Source of the DNA: Octopus vulgaris
Lineage: Eukaryota
NCBI GenBank assembly: GCA_951406725.2
Contig: OX597817.1
Span: 165,912,001 to 165,976,000, forward strand
Direction of reading: 5' to 3'
DNA length: 64,000 nucleotides
Shown here: positions 45,500-58,489 of the stretch, piece by piece
Numbering within the stretch: the first letter of the stretch is position 1
How the letters are laid out: each line of letters begins with the position of its first letter
The notes under the pieces: model-generated
Seen by the model: the letters and a program-made list of their open reading frames with translations, nothing else
Told to the model about the DNA's origin: nothing
The model's database searches: none
Made by a program: the position numbers and the translations under genes

Positions 45500-46480
45500 G
45501 TTCCGTTCGGGAACACGTCTAAGGATTTATGGAAGACATTTACTACAAAATGTATTATTTCTCTGAGCGAAAGCGATCGGACATTTATGAGCCTTTATTA
45601 TAGGAAGTCGGGACATGAGTTGGGCCAGTTGACTTCATTATTAGTTACGTTATTATCCTTTAAAATCCGAATATATTTCCACTGTGAAGTGGTGAGGTAT
45701 CCCTGATTATCTCAATGTATACATACGCTACAAGAGTCTTCTTTTCAGGAAGTTTTCAGTAAATCGCACAAGCATTTGCGTTTCACTGCAATTTAAACCT
45801 AAACTAATGCTCAAGAAAAGCACAAACCATGGAGAGGGCAAGTATTTGGGTTATCACAATTACATAGAGAAGACTTCCACGTATTCGTACTAGAAGTGCT
45901 TCTTCTATGGCATTGGAAGATTTTGGTGTAACTGCACCTCTCCTAATATTTTTCTTACTAAATATCTTATTGTATCAATAGTCTAGCGGAAAGTGCTTGT
46001 GGATAAGAGTTAAAAGAAACCTAACAATATTGGAACGAAGATTTAAAATGTAGGGATGATTATATGATAATATTTCGCGCCTTCCTCTTCTATATTAGTG
46101 TTTCCGACTATTAGCATTATCTGTATGCAATGTGACATCTCTTTGAAGCTTCTCTCATTCACTGAGTTATTCTACTGATGAGCAATACGAGTTAATGCCC
46201 ATTGGTCTGAGACGAAGCAGGATATGCATTCACTAGTGTTATTAACTAAGTTTATAATAATTATTGTGGAGTGGTTGAAATTAAAAGACCGCAATATCTT
46301 GCATTTTGACTTGTCAGTACAGAATAGTATTTATAAAAGCCGAAATCAAGAGATACATCCATAATTTTTCATCTGACTTATCAAATCAGTTTCCGTGTAC
46401 CATATTTTACACACTAGCTTTTAATGGATCCAAGGTTTTCGTAAAACCATTTGGTATAAGTTAGGAATTTTGGAGGGTGG
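45500..46480 (-). mobile_element. Decayed Penelope ORF (RT thumb, Cys linker, GIY-YIG region)
   Basis: RREILSYNHPYILNLRSNIVRFLLTLIHKHFPLDY*YNKIFSKKN; CNCDNPNTCPLHGLC; KYIRILKDNN...NW; many stops and frameshifts. May extend to about 46990. Confidence 0.8.
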
Positions 46481-47034
46481 CGTATTTCTGAGAATAGGTA
46501 AGGGTTTGGTGGAATAAGTAATGAAATGGGCAGATAAATAGGGTGATTTCAGTGGAAGTTGTAACACAGCTTTCTACTACAGAGAGAAAAAAACCTTGTC
46601 ATTCAGTAAAGGAAAAACAAAGAGAGTGGAGAAAGAAAATAGAGTGGGTAGTTGCACATGTTGTACTATGCAATTGAAAGGGAGGGGTTGTCAATCAATT
46701 TAGATATCCTATCACTTGATGCTGTCAAACGTGTTATTCGTGCCTAATAGCACCACATTCACCGATATGTAGAAAGCACGTCATTTGTAGAGCTTATTCA
46801 GTTGATTCTGTCTTCATAAATGTTCAAGACAATTCTCTTGAGAAGATATGAGCTCTGCCAAGTTAATTTGTCTTTGGATGGTAAATTGGTTTCGGATGGT
46901 GAATCATAGAGTTATAAAATATTACGCGACATGAGAAATTTTGTGTGTTGCACATCGGCAATAGTCGTCATTCAATGGAAATCTAGTACTCGCCATAGAA
47001 ATAATGTACACTTAACGGATTGTCTACTAGTTTT

Positions 47035-47210
<176 letters not shown>

Positions 47211-47254
47211 CATATCAATATATATAAAAATATACATATACATACATACACACA

Positions 47255-47294
<40 letters not shown>

Positions 47295-47298
<4 letters not shown>

Positions 47299-47480
47299 GG
47301 AATTTACAAAAAACAAAAGACGAAGATGGGTGGGTAAGCAACAAACAGATGTATTAGTTTAACGCTCGGGAAGGTGAGAATTTCTTTTATGTTTTGAACC
47401 TATGCTCTTCAACAGAAAGGAACACAGAAATGAGCAGAGAGAGAAAATAAAAAATGTTTAGTGGCTAGCGATCAATCATG
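47295..47480 (-). mobile_element. Short hammerhead-bearing PLE-like family, copy 2
   Basis: ccttt-CTGTTGA-agagcataggttc-AAAAC-ATA-aaaga (47383-47420); ends in (TA)n. Confidence 0.7.
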
Positions 47481-47505
47481 TACATAACTACACGTAAGTC
47501 TATAT

Positions 47506-47818
47506 ACTCTTATACTCTTATTTGTTTCGGTCATTTGACTGCGGCCATGCTGGAGCAAAAGATTCTATCGATATCTTTTGCCGAACTGCTAAGTTACGTG
47601 GACGTAAACACACCAGCATCGGTTGTCAAGCGATAGTGGGGGGACTAACACACACATGATGGGCTTCTTTCAGTTTCCATTAACCAAATCCACTCACAAG
47701 GCTTTGGTCATCCCGAGGCTATAGTAGAAGACACTTGCCCATTGTGCCACGCATAGAACTGAACCCAGAACCATATGGTTGATAAGCAAGCTACTTACCA
47801 CACAACCACTTCTGCACC
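47506..47818 (-). mobile_element. SINE A with internal deletions
   Basis: Head and tail present; internal tract collapsed. Confidence 0.8.
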
Positions 47819-48617
47819 TATTTATATATTTTTCATATAATAAATGTGTATGCATAATTGTATGTGTGTGCGTGTGTGCGTGTGTGTGCGTGCATATGTA
47901 ACATTTTTTGTATAACTATTGAAACACTGTGTTCAAAGAGATGATCTATAGCCAAAGGATATGAATAGTTTTGAAGCTATATTGAAAAAACCATCGAAAT
48001 CGATACAGATCGATTAGTTTATTCATTAATATAGTCTTGTATAGAAGGCTTTTCTCTAAAAATGCTAACACTCAGTTATCATAGTAATGAACAAAAAGAT
48101 ACTTTACAGAAAATTCTTTTTAAATAACACTTATTTAATTGGATATTTGTACAGTCCTTGATAAAAGCGGCTTTTTTGTATAAATTTTAATGGCACGTAC
48201 AAGTTACCAGAGACGACCACATAGCTATGTCAAGTGCGGATTAATATCTATTTTACATGTCATAATGACTTCTGGTATTAAACTGCTCGTTAGTTCCTAT
48301 TACTACTATTTCTTTAATATTAAGGAGGTGTGAGATTTACATAGGCTTCCTGCGTCCTTAAACGTCTTAGTATAAAGGCAGGATGTTTAAATGGCAATGG
48401 ATGACTTCCTACACGAAGAAAGGACTTATATACGTTACAACCAGGTTTGTCCACATTGTCAACCTTCCCACGGACAGCGCTTAGAACCATATTTTATTTG
48501 CAGAATATATTTAACTTTTAGTGAATATTTGTTATCTCTTTCTGTCTGTCTTTCATCTTTGTTTTACTCGGATATATATGTATGAGTATGCTTGAAACGA
48601 GGTAGTGTTACTTAAAA

Positions 48618-49700
48618 CACTGATCAACACATACTTTCTGGCACAAAGTTTATCAGTGGTTTTAGTTTATTTTGGGGTGCTGCATCCAAATCTGACATCA
48701 GATTTTTGAGGTATAAAATCTTATACATTTGCTAGAAAGAGCTATTTAATGCTCATAAGGGAAAAATTAAATATACGTAGATGCAAATTTTAATAGACAA
48801 TATTTCTTATTTTTAATCTAATAAATCAAAACGCAAAGTTCTGGAAGTAAAGGCACATTTGCATGCAAGAATTAAGCTTCGTTATAACAAAATATGAATA
48901 AGTGGTTATCCATTCTGATCATCTTATTGCAGCAAGAACTTCCCCTTTTTTGACGATCTCTTGTGAACAGCTTCTGGAACATCTTTCATCATCAAGCTCC
49001 AGCAGTAATCTGCCACCATGTTTAAGCCCCATAGGCCTTGGTAGCGTTTTTCCATTACTTTTAACTCTTGATGAATGTGTTCTCCTTGTTCTTCGTTGTC
49101 GTCACCCAAGTTTTCAGGAAATTCACCCAAGTGGCTGTGTAAACAATGCAATTTAATGCTCATTCTACATTCAAGTACTTGCAGACTCTAGAGCAGCTCC
49201 TCCACATTATCTTTATAGTTGCCAGCTTTCTTGTTTCCAAGGAAATTCCGCACCACAACAGAGAAGTCATTCCAAGCTCTAACCTCCGCCGCATTCATTG
49301 TCGTAACAAAATGGGGATCCCTGAGGAGTGTTCTTATTTGAGGTCCATCAAGTATTCCTGCCTTCTTCTTCTTCTCGTTACTGAGACTTGGAAAGGTTGT
49401 ACATATATATCTAAAGCATATATATCTAAACATGGAACGCCATGTTGGATCGTTAGCCCCTACACGCAATTTTATTCTCTCCTTGTTTCTTTTCTGTGTA
49501 TCTTTCTGTCGAAGAGCATAGGCTCGAAACGTAAAAGACTTGTTTTATTTCTATTCCTGAGCGCCATACTAATACAATTGTTTGATTGAACTCCACCTGC
49601 CTTCGTCTTTTGTTTATTTTCGTAAACCTTCCCGTTATATCTAAAGCAGTCTCCACTGTGATCAAGAGTTTTGATGAATTACTTCATCACACCAAGTTTC
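48618..49700 (-). mobile_element. Chapaev3-like (CMC) DNA transposon relic
   Basis: KLGVMK*FIKTLDHSGDCFRY|ICTTFPSLSNEKKKKAGILDGPQIR...FLGNKKAGNY...MSIKLHCLHSHL..FPENLG...EEQGEHIHQ...MEKRYQG...MVADYCWSL. Possible terminus cactgatcaaca at 48618; the other end was not found. Confidence 0.85.
49419..49635 (+). mobile_element. Short hammerhead-bearing PLE-like family, copy 3, with a 13-bp TSD inside the transposase
   Basis: tatatctaaagca at 49406-49418 and 49636-49648; tcttt-CTGTCGA-a-gagc-atag-gctc-GAAAC-GTA-aaaga at 49501-49538. Confidence 0.85.
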
Positions 49701-50363
49701 AACACAGGTCGTGCAAACGTTGTGGATTGTGTGCATACATGTACATAAACATGCATTTATATATGTATGATGCAAAGTTCGTTAGCTGGGAGCATTTATC
49801 ACGACTAAGCTTAAAATGTTGCTGCAGATCCTCACCTTTTGTTTATTCGTGTTTATTCGTCTGTTTTGATCGCAGATCTCAGTGATGACTGCTCCCTTTT
49901 TCGTGTTGAGTCTGGGCTGCACACACGCACGTGTGCTCACACACACACCCATACACACACACACATACCACACACACACGCACACATCGCGTGCGCGCTC
50001 ACGTAAACACATAGTCACGCATAAAAATTTACATTTGTCTCTAAATCTAAGTTCGGTTATGTTTAATGCGAATGCAAACAGTCGGTTGTCGCTTTAGTAA
50101 AGAAACTTAACGCCGAAAAGATGTTTACTGAAGCCGGTAGTGATGAGTGTCTCAGGTTAGAGGGCATCTGATGCGATGGAGACTGAGCGCGGAGATGGAG
50201 ATGATAAAAGATGCAGTTAGGGTGTAGAGAAATGTTAGAGAACTTAGGCGGTGAGTGTCAGAAGTATAGACAGAAAAGATATGAAGAGAATGGTGAAACA
50301 AAGAATAGTGCTGCATTCGTACATACACACATACATACATACACATACAAAAACACACATTCC

Positions 50364-50555
<192 letters not shown>

Positions 50556-51074
50556 TGTATGTATGTATGTATGTATGTTTGTATGTATTTACCTATCTAT
50601 GTGTGTATGTTGGTGTGTACATGTGTATGTATGGTATTTCCTTGTTCCTCTATGTCAGCAGAATAGTATTTCGGTATGGGTATCAGTATATGGCATTTCG
50701 GTACCAGAATGCGGAGAAACTATAGATGGAAAAGCAGTGCGTTGACTGTGGGTATTCGAGGATGCGCATGTATACAACTATTGATGAATCATATTAAAAC
50801 AATATTGGGTATGATGTGCGTAACATTCAGCAATTAACAGCTGGTAATGATGCGTTGAAACAATTGCTGTGATATGTAATAAAGACTGTTCAATCCACAT
50901 TGATGATGTGTATCTTTACTCTACCGATATTGGCAGGCATACACATCTATATCCAGCAATTGGAGAAGTCCTACCACTGTACAATAACATTTGATAGCTG
51001 ATACCTGGAAAAGAGCCTTGGACACCAAGCTGTAAGTTTATTACGCAACATAAGTGTATGCATACATACATACA

Positions 51075-51141
<67 letters not shown>

Positions 51142-51143
<2 letters not shown>

Positions 51144-51350
51144 TCTTTTACTCTTTTACTTGTTTCAGTCATTTGACTGTGGCCATGCTGGAGCACCGCC
51201 TTTAGTCGAGCAAATCGACCCTGGGACTTATTCTTTTGTAAGCCCAGTACTTATTCTATCGGTCTCTTTTTGCCGAACCGCTAAGTGACGGGGACGTAAA
51301 CACACCAGCATCGGTTGTCAAGCAATGCTAGGGGGACAAACACAGACACA

Positions 51351-51402
<52 letters not shown>

Positions 51403-51573
51403 CATATATACGACAGGCTTCTTTCAGTTTCCGTCTACCAAATCCACTCACAAGGCATTGGTCGGCCCGGGGCTATAGCAGAAGACACTTGCCCAAGATG
51501 CCACTCAGTGGAACTGAACCCAGAACCATGTGGTTGGTAAGCAAGCTACTTACCACACAGCCACTCCTGCGCC
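51142..51573 (-). mobile_element. SINE A, full length
   Basis: Near-identical to 22086-22521. Confidence 0.92.
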
Positions 51574-51576
51574 TAT

Positions 51577-51631
<55 letters not shown>

Positions 51632-51726
51632 ATCCAAACAAGGAAGAACAAACAAGAAAAAATAATAACGCAAGGACGTGGTACAAGTACTGTATTATCA
51701 GACGCTCAGGAAAGGAAGGAAAGAGG

Positions 51727-51761
51727 ATTTAACGTTTCGAGCGAAGCACTTCGTCAGAAAT
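51727..51761 (-). ncRNA. Minimal type I hammerhead motif in a related PLE-like copy (about 51627-51830)
   Basis: attt-CTGACGA-a-gtgcttcgctc-GAAAC-GTT-aaat, canonical core. Confidence 0.7.
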
Positions 51762-52589
51762 AGAGAAAGTCCAAAGGATGGGAAGATGGAGGAAGAAAAT
51801 AGCTAACGATACACACGCGGTTACATTTTGTAATGGCCGGAAGAGAATGGATGAAGAAAAGTTCTTTCTAAGACAGGAGAGTGCAAGAGAAGGAGATATG
51901 TGTGTGGGGGGAGGGGGTATGTGCGTGCGTGCAAGTTTGTGTGTGTAATAATAGTACGTGTATGCGAGTATGTGTGTGATGTGTGAGTGCGTGGCTTTGG
52001 CTGTTTATATGTGTGTGTGAGTGAACTTTTTGTGGCTTAATGTCGTAGGATGAATGTGTGTGTGTGTGATTTGTGTGCAGTGTGTTTTGTATGTGTTTTG
52101 TGTGCAGTGTGTGCCTATGTCTATGCGTGTGTGTGTATATGTATGTATGAATGTACGTGTACGTCTGTGTATGTGTGTATACGTGGGATTGAGTGGAGGC
52201 CGTGTCTGCGGAGCAAATGTGCGTTACTCTGTGTGTGCGCGTGTATGTGCGTGTGTGTATATGCCCGTGTATATATAATTGTGTGCGTGTATGTATCAGT
52301 GTGTGTTGTGTGTGTGGGAGGTATGTGTTGGTTTATTTGAGTGTGCGTGTGTGTATATGTGTGCCTGTGTATATATATATGTGTATGTGTGCGTGTGAGT
52401 GTATGTGTGTGTACATGTGTGTGTGCGTATGTATTTTGTGTGTGTGCATGTGTGCGTGCGTGTATATGTGTGTGTGTAAACGAGGGGTTGTGTGTGGAGG
52501 TATATGTGCGTTTTTTACGTGTATGCACGCGCGGGTGTGTGTGTATATTTGTGTGTGTGCGTGTGTGTGCAGAGAAAGAGAATGAAAGA

Positions 52590-52623
<34 letters not shown>

Positions 52624-52806
52624 GACAAACAGAGGTTAATTATTTCTCCATCTTTATTAGATCTTTTAAATATCATGAGGTCAACATTTTAGTTGGTGAA
52701 TAGGCTATCTTCTAGTTTTACCTTGCCTGTTTAACATTTTACCTGTGTTTATGTGTGTGTCTATATACACACACATACGCACACATATATATGTATATAT
52801 ATAATT

Positions 52807-52852
<46 letters not shown>

Positions 52853-52855
<3 letters not shown>

Positions 52856-53246
52856 TTATATATAAAAGTGAAGTTGTGTGAGTGTCTGTCTCCTACGATT
52901 TAGATTCCTAACAACTCCCACATTTTGCGATGCAGTTTAACCAAAACCGGGTATCTTGTAGCCGTGATTCATATCGAGCCCTTCTGGGTATTAGCGCGCG
53001 TCTGCGATGAGTCTACGATTTTAAAAATAATTTGCCATCATTTTTTCCATTTTAATGTATATTTTTTAATAAAGGGAAGTAACTCTCTAAAAATGTCTAC
53101 GATGAGTCAACGATTTAAAAAAAAATTTACCATAATTTTTTTTCCATTTTTAATGCATTTTTTGCTATTTTTTTGCTATAACTCTCTAAAAATGCTTTAT
53201 AGTTATTTCCCTTACAAACCCGAGCAACGCCGGGCGATACTGCTAG
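52853..53246 (+). mobile_element. Non-autonomous Helitron-like element
   Basis: Copy of 20822-21218; a|TC...CTAG|t within (TA)n. Confidence 0.85.
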
Positions 53247-53925
53247 TATATATATATATATATAGTCAAGAGATGAGATCTAGAGTTCCTCGGTATTGAA
53301 AACACTCAGTGCCCAAATGATTCGAACTTGATGTCAATACGAGCAACCAATGATGACGAGGAACCAATGACGACAAAAGTCCGACTTATCCAATGTTTAA
53401 TTGCTTCCATTACAACCGGCATATAGTGGTGAACTACATCTACCAAAATTATGAGGGAATTCCGTGCCGCCAGAAACAGCTGTTGGACTTATAACATCTT
53501 ACCTCTGCTCCTTTAAAGTCATCTTTTGTTCGTACTGTTGTGTAAGTTTGATCCATCAATATAAATATCTGTACATTTATACTTAAATATTCATCGTCTG
53601 AATGTATTTAGTCTTTGCTCTCTTTCTGTTTGCATGTATACACACACACATATATATATATATAATACATTAATAAATAAAATAAAACATATGCATATAT
53701 ATATAAACATATATGTACGTACCTACCTCTACATGTACATATACACGCATATATGAGTACAGGACACCAAAAAGGACGTCGAACACAATGAGAAACGAAA
53801 ACATAGACACAAACCAAAGGAACTGGACATTTATTTAAAAACAGCAAAAAAAATAGAATACAGGACAATTAACACAAAGAAAAAAAACCTTTCTCAGTCG
53901 CTAAAGCTCTCATCTACTCTACGTT

Positions 53926-53968
<43 letters not shown>

Positions 53969-54035
53969 TTTTTTTTGTATATCAAGCCCAAGCTGTTATA
54001 TTTAATTTGCTTTTACGCATAATTGCCTCTCTCTC

Positions 54036-54106
<71 letters not shown>

Positions 54107-54682
54107 TATATGAACAGTCGTAGAAGTCATACAGGCTACCGCAGCATTGAATTCCATAGAAACTTTCAGTTCTGTTTGATACAATGAAACATGTAATGAA
54201 ATATAATCATGCATGAACAGAAACGTGTGTTTCTAATATCCCCGAGGAAAGTACAATCCCTCTGAACACTCCAGGTCTCAAAGCGGGTAGAAAGGAAGGC
54301 TGAGAAAACTTGTTTTACATTCAGAAGTCCACTCCTTACAGCTTACATATACAGTAATGTGCTTATTTTTGCACAAAGCTCTGGCGCATCATCCGTCGCC
54401 CATTTTTTATTAACCTTTGTATAATATATATATATATGTATATTTTCCTTCCTGTTCATTGTATACCATGTATACTTACTCCTTTTATCTATTTATTTAT
54501 TTATTTATTTATTTTATCATTTTATTATATGTAAACCCACACATTTTGTGTCGCTTTTGTATTGTCCCCCTCAACCTTCGCTCTGATGGAAAATAAATGA
54601 AATTATTATTATTGTCGTTGTTGTTGTCTGTATCATTGTTGCTGTTACCTTCTTTTTCTTTTTCTTCTTCTTCTTCTTCTTT

Positions 54683-54752
<70 letters not shown>

Positions 54753-54781
54753 TATTATTATTATTATTGTTATTATTATTA

Positions 54782-54855
<74 letters not shown>

Positions 54856-54858
<3 letters not shown>

Positions 54859-55250
54859 TAGTTTTATTTTTATAGCGTGCTTTCACTTCACTACCGAGCG
54901 CAGCTCTGTGTGCCTTGGGTATGTGCTGTGATTTGTTGTGATGCTCTCATGGTTATTGTATGGAAAGTGTTCTGCGTAGGATGTGTGCAGTGCCTAGTAG
55001 TGCAATTTTCTGTATGTTATATGTGTTTGTAAGTCCTGGTGTTTTTGTTATGTATTTGTCTGAATATTTCTTTATCATGCCTAATGCACCTACTATGATA
55101 GGAATTGTTTCTGTTTTTAGATTCCACATTCTAGTTACCTCTATTTCCAGGTCTTTGTATTTTGAGAGTTTCTCCATTTCTTTTAGAGACACGTTGTCAT
55201 CTGCCGGTATTGATACATCAATTAGAACGCATTTTTTTTCTTCATGATCT
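54856..55250 (-). mobile_element. 5'-truncated R4/Dong-like LINE (RLE domain end + 3'UTR) in (TAA)n
   Basis: CVLIDVSIPADDNVSLKEMEKLSKYKDL...PIIVGALG...QKIALLGTAHILRRTL; TAA repeats on both sides. Confidence 0.9.
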
Positions 55251-55269
55251 TATTATTATTATTATTATT

Positions 55270-55921
55270 GAGTGAGAGAGCAGTTCATGCCATCAAAGTG
55301 ACACTGGGGTAAAATATACGAAGCCCAATATACCCATCATGACTACCCGTCTGATAAGGGTACACCAGGCACATGCATCACAACCATATGTGCGCGACAT
55401 GGTCATCTCATATCAAGATAAACAGCACATGACCTTGCAGGTGGGGCCCAGTTAGAAATTATTTCAGGTTGAGTAGCCCATCCCGCTCAAAAGGTCCCTG
55501 AATAAGGATTGTTTAAGGATGTTGAAAGAACCACCCATGTTTCCAGAGGTGAATTATTCAAACCCCAAAGAATCCCTCTCAACACATGGCTATAATGCTC
55601 CCCCACTACTTCTGCTCGTGATCAGAGATGCACATATCGTCAGCCACTAAGGGACATGGTCAACTGGTTAAGGTCAAACAACTGACAAGCAAATCTGTGG
55701 TATTGAGCAGAATATTTGCTGTAGCCCATCTTTTATAACAAGACAAAACACTGTACATGATAACACTTCCAATCAGTTAAGATCAGAAGCCATGAGAGCC
55801 ACTGCCTAGTACTGCATCAGGGCATTTACCTGGTACTGCATCAGGGCATCTGCCTGGTACTGCATCAGGGCATTTACCTGGTACTGCATCAGGGCATTTA
55901 CCCGGTACTGCATCAGGGCAT

Positions 55922-55924
<3 letters not shown>
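55270..55924 (-). mobile_element. Unclassified non-coding ~650-bp element in (TAA)n with five tandem 24-bp terminal units
   Basis: Diverged second copy at 56122-56647; unit cctggtactgcatcagggcattta x5 at 55805-55924. Orientation inferred. Confidence 0.75.
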
Positions 55925-55952
<28 letters not shown>

Positions 55953-55981
55953 TATTATTATTATCATTATTATTATTATTA

Positions 55982-56057
<76 letters not shown>

Positions 56058-56654
56058 CATTGTTATTATTATTATTGTTATTATTATTATTATCATTATT
56101 ATTATTATTATTATGACTATTGACTGAGAGAGCAATGCATGCCATCAAAGAGACACTGGGGTATAACAAAATATATGAAGCCCAATATACCCATTATGAC
56201 TACCTGTCTGAAAAATGTACGCCAGCTACATACGTCGCAACCATATATGCGCGAAAGTGTGATCTCATATCCACATTAAACAGCACATCACCTAGCAGGT
56301 GAGGCCCAGTTAGAATTCTCTTCAGGTCGAGTAGCCCATCTTGCTTAAAAGGTCCCTGATTAGGGTTTGCTTAAAGAATGTTGAACGAAACAACCCATGT
56401 TACCAGAGGTGAATTACTCAAACACCAAAAAATTCCTTTCAACACCTGGCTATAATGCTTCCTCCACTTCTCCTGCTTATGATCAGAGATGCACATATCA
56501 GCCACTAAGGGACATGCTCAACTGGTGATGGTCAACGAAATGACAAGCAAATTTGTGGTATTGCGCAGAATATTTGCTGTAGCCCATCCTTTTCACCTAG
56601 ACAAAACATGTACCTGATAACACTTCCAATCAGTTAATATCAGAGATCATACGG

Positions 56655-58225
56655 CATTATTGCGAAAGAGTGGAGAGCGAAGTACTGTACACCGTCATTT
56701 TTGCTGCGAGGTGGGTGAGTGTGGAAAGGGTGACCCATGTTAATGGTGTTACTCTGTGCATGCAACTGAAGGCCAGATGGAATGGAGAGGAGAATGGTGC
56801 CTACTTGAAATACCCTTAGCGATCGGTGTGTCGGGGATGTGTAAAGTTCCTTGGCTGATCCTGGGTGGATTTCCTCTTTTCGGGGGATATTATTGTTTGA
56901 TGTTTTTGTTATTATTGTTTTACTGTTTACACGTACCACATTTAAACCTTCACTGTCCTTTATTTTGCATCGACCATTTTGTTTTATGTGGGAACCCTGT
57001 GGTGGGGACCTGCATGGCTGCTTAGGCATACTAAGGCTTCTGATGCACAAACACGCATTCAGAACTCAGACTGCACCTCTTACAACGATTTCTGGACAGT
57101 GAGCGCGTGTGGGCTCCGTTTGCGATGCATGTCTTCTTGGTAAGAAAAGTCCTGGGTGAAAAAAAAGGTCGAAACTGGGCACTTGGCAACTAAAATGTCA
57201 TCAGACGCTCACAGCCCTCTACCAGTCGGGAAATAAGATCGTTTGATGTTCCACTTTAGCAGTATATAGAGGCTTAATAGCGTGGAAGTGCGACGACGTT
57301 CTCGTGAAGACTCTGGGTGTCTATAATAACGAACTGATTAGTCTGTTCTGTAGGACTTTCCGGTCGGAAACTACAATGGATGTTTTCCAGACGTCCTTGG
57401 CCTGGCAGTGCTGGCGAGATGAGCTATCGGTTCGAGATAAACTCTACTACACACGGATGTGCTGTCACACAGGCTTGTCCGTGTGTGCATGCTGAGCGAC
57501 GGAACTGTTCTGCTCACACTCGTTCAGTGTCCGGGCATTGCTGACTTGTGGACTTATGTCAAACAGCTGAAGTTGCATGTCGTACGGATCGATCTGTCGA
57601 CCGAGTTCAGAGTGATGATTGCCCCGCCACCTTCTTTCAATCGGGCAGGTAAGGTAAGTTTCTTTAGCCTGGTGGCTGTGGCGAAAGAGGTTGCCTAATG
57701 GACGAGGGTGGCAGGCATGGAGCCAGAGACATTCTCTGGTAGAGTTCTCATCAACTTTTTCAAGTTTCACTTAAAAAGGAAAATGAGGGTGGATAGTGAA
57801 GTGCTGTCCTCAAGTGTCTCGGAAAACAGAAATTGAAGAAGGCACTGGGGTTCCTTGATTATCCCGAGAGGTCTTCTTGTATCTGGAGGTTCAGGCGTGG
57901 TTGAAACACATGATCTCTGATCTTAACTGATTGGAAGTGTTATCATGTACATATTTTGTCTAGGTAAAAAGGATGGGCTACAGCAAATATTCTGTGCATA
58001 CCACAAAATGAGGGTGGAGAGTGAAGTGTTGTCCTCAAGGGACATTATTGAAAAGCAGATGAAAGTTGCGAAAATGTGTCTCGGAGAACAGGAATTGGAT
58101 AGTGCAGTGGGGTTCCTTGAGTATCCCGAGAGGTCTTCTTGTATATGGAGGACCGTATCACCATCATCTGCTTTTTCTTTTCTTTCTTATTGTTATTGTA
58201 TGTTCCCCTTCTCTGCTTTATTGTA
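56655..58225 (+). mobile_element. Stacked Tx1/L1-like LINE 3' fragments (56655-57005, 57010-57890, 58005-58225)
   Basis: GCLGILRLLMHKHAFR; SLAWQCWRDELSVRDKLY; TVLLTLVQCPGIADLW (zf-RVT-like); RV(E/D)SEVL three times; shared UTR ggggttccttga.tatccc. Confidence 0.65.
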
Positions 58226-58489
58226 TACCGTGTATACTTCATATGTGTGAGTGTGTGTGTGTGCGTGTGTGTGACTGTGTATGTGTCTGTGTATTCTTTT
58301 ACTTGTTTCAGTCAGTTGACTGCGGTCCTAGGACATTTTTAAGCCTAGTACTTATTCCATCGGTTTCTTTTGTCGAACTAAGGAGAAAATACTTGCCCAA
58401 GGTACCAGCAGTGAGACTGAAGCCGGAACCACGTGATTGGGAAGAAAGGCTCTTACCACACAACCATGCCTCAACCTATATACCGCTAA

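Noticed and set aside
55760-55790. Faint 5S rRNA-like patch (ctgatcttaactgattggaag, minus)
   Set aside because: Too short, and no 5S box A/C follows.
55805-55924. Five 24-bp repeats as a CRISPR array or CPDAVPGK peptide repeat
   Set aside because: They are directly tandem with no spacers, the context is eukaryotic, no cas genes are present, and the ORF starts in (TAA)n.
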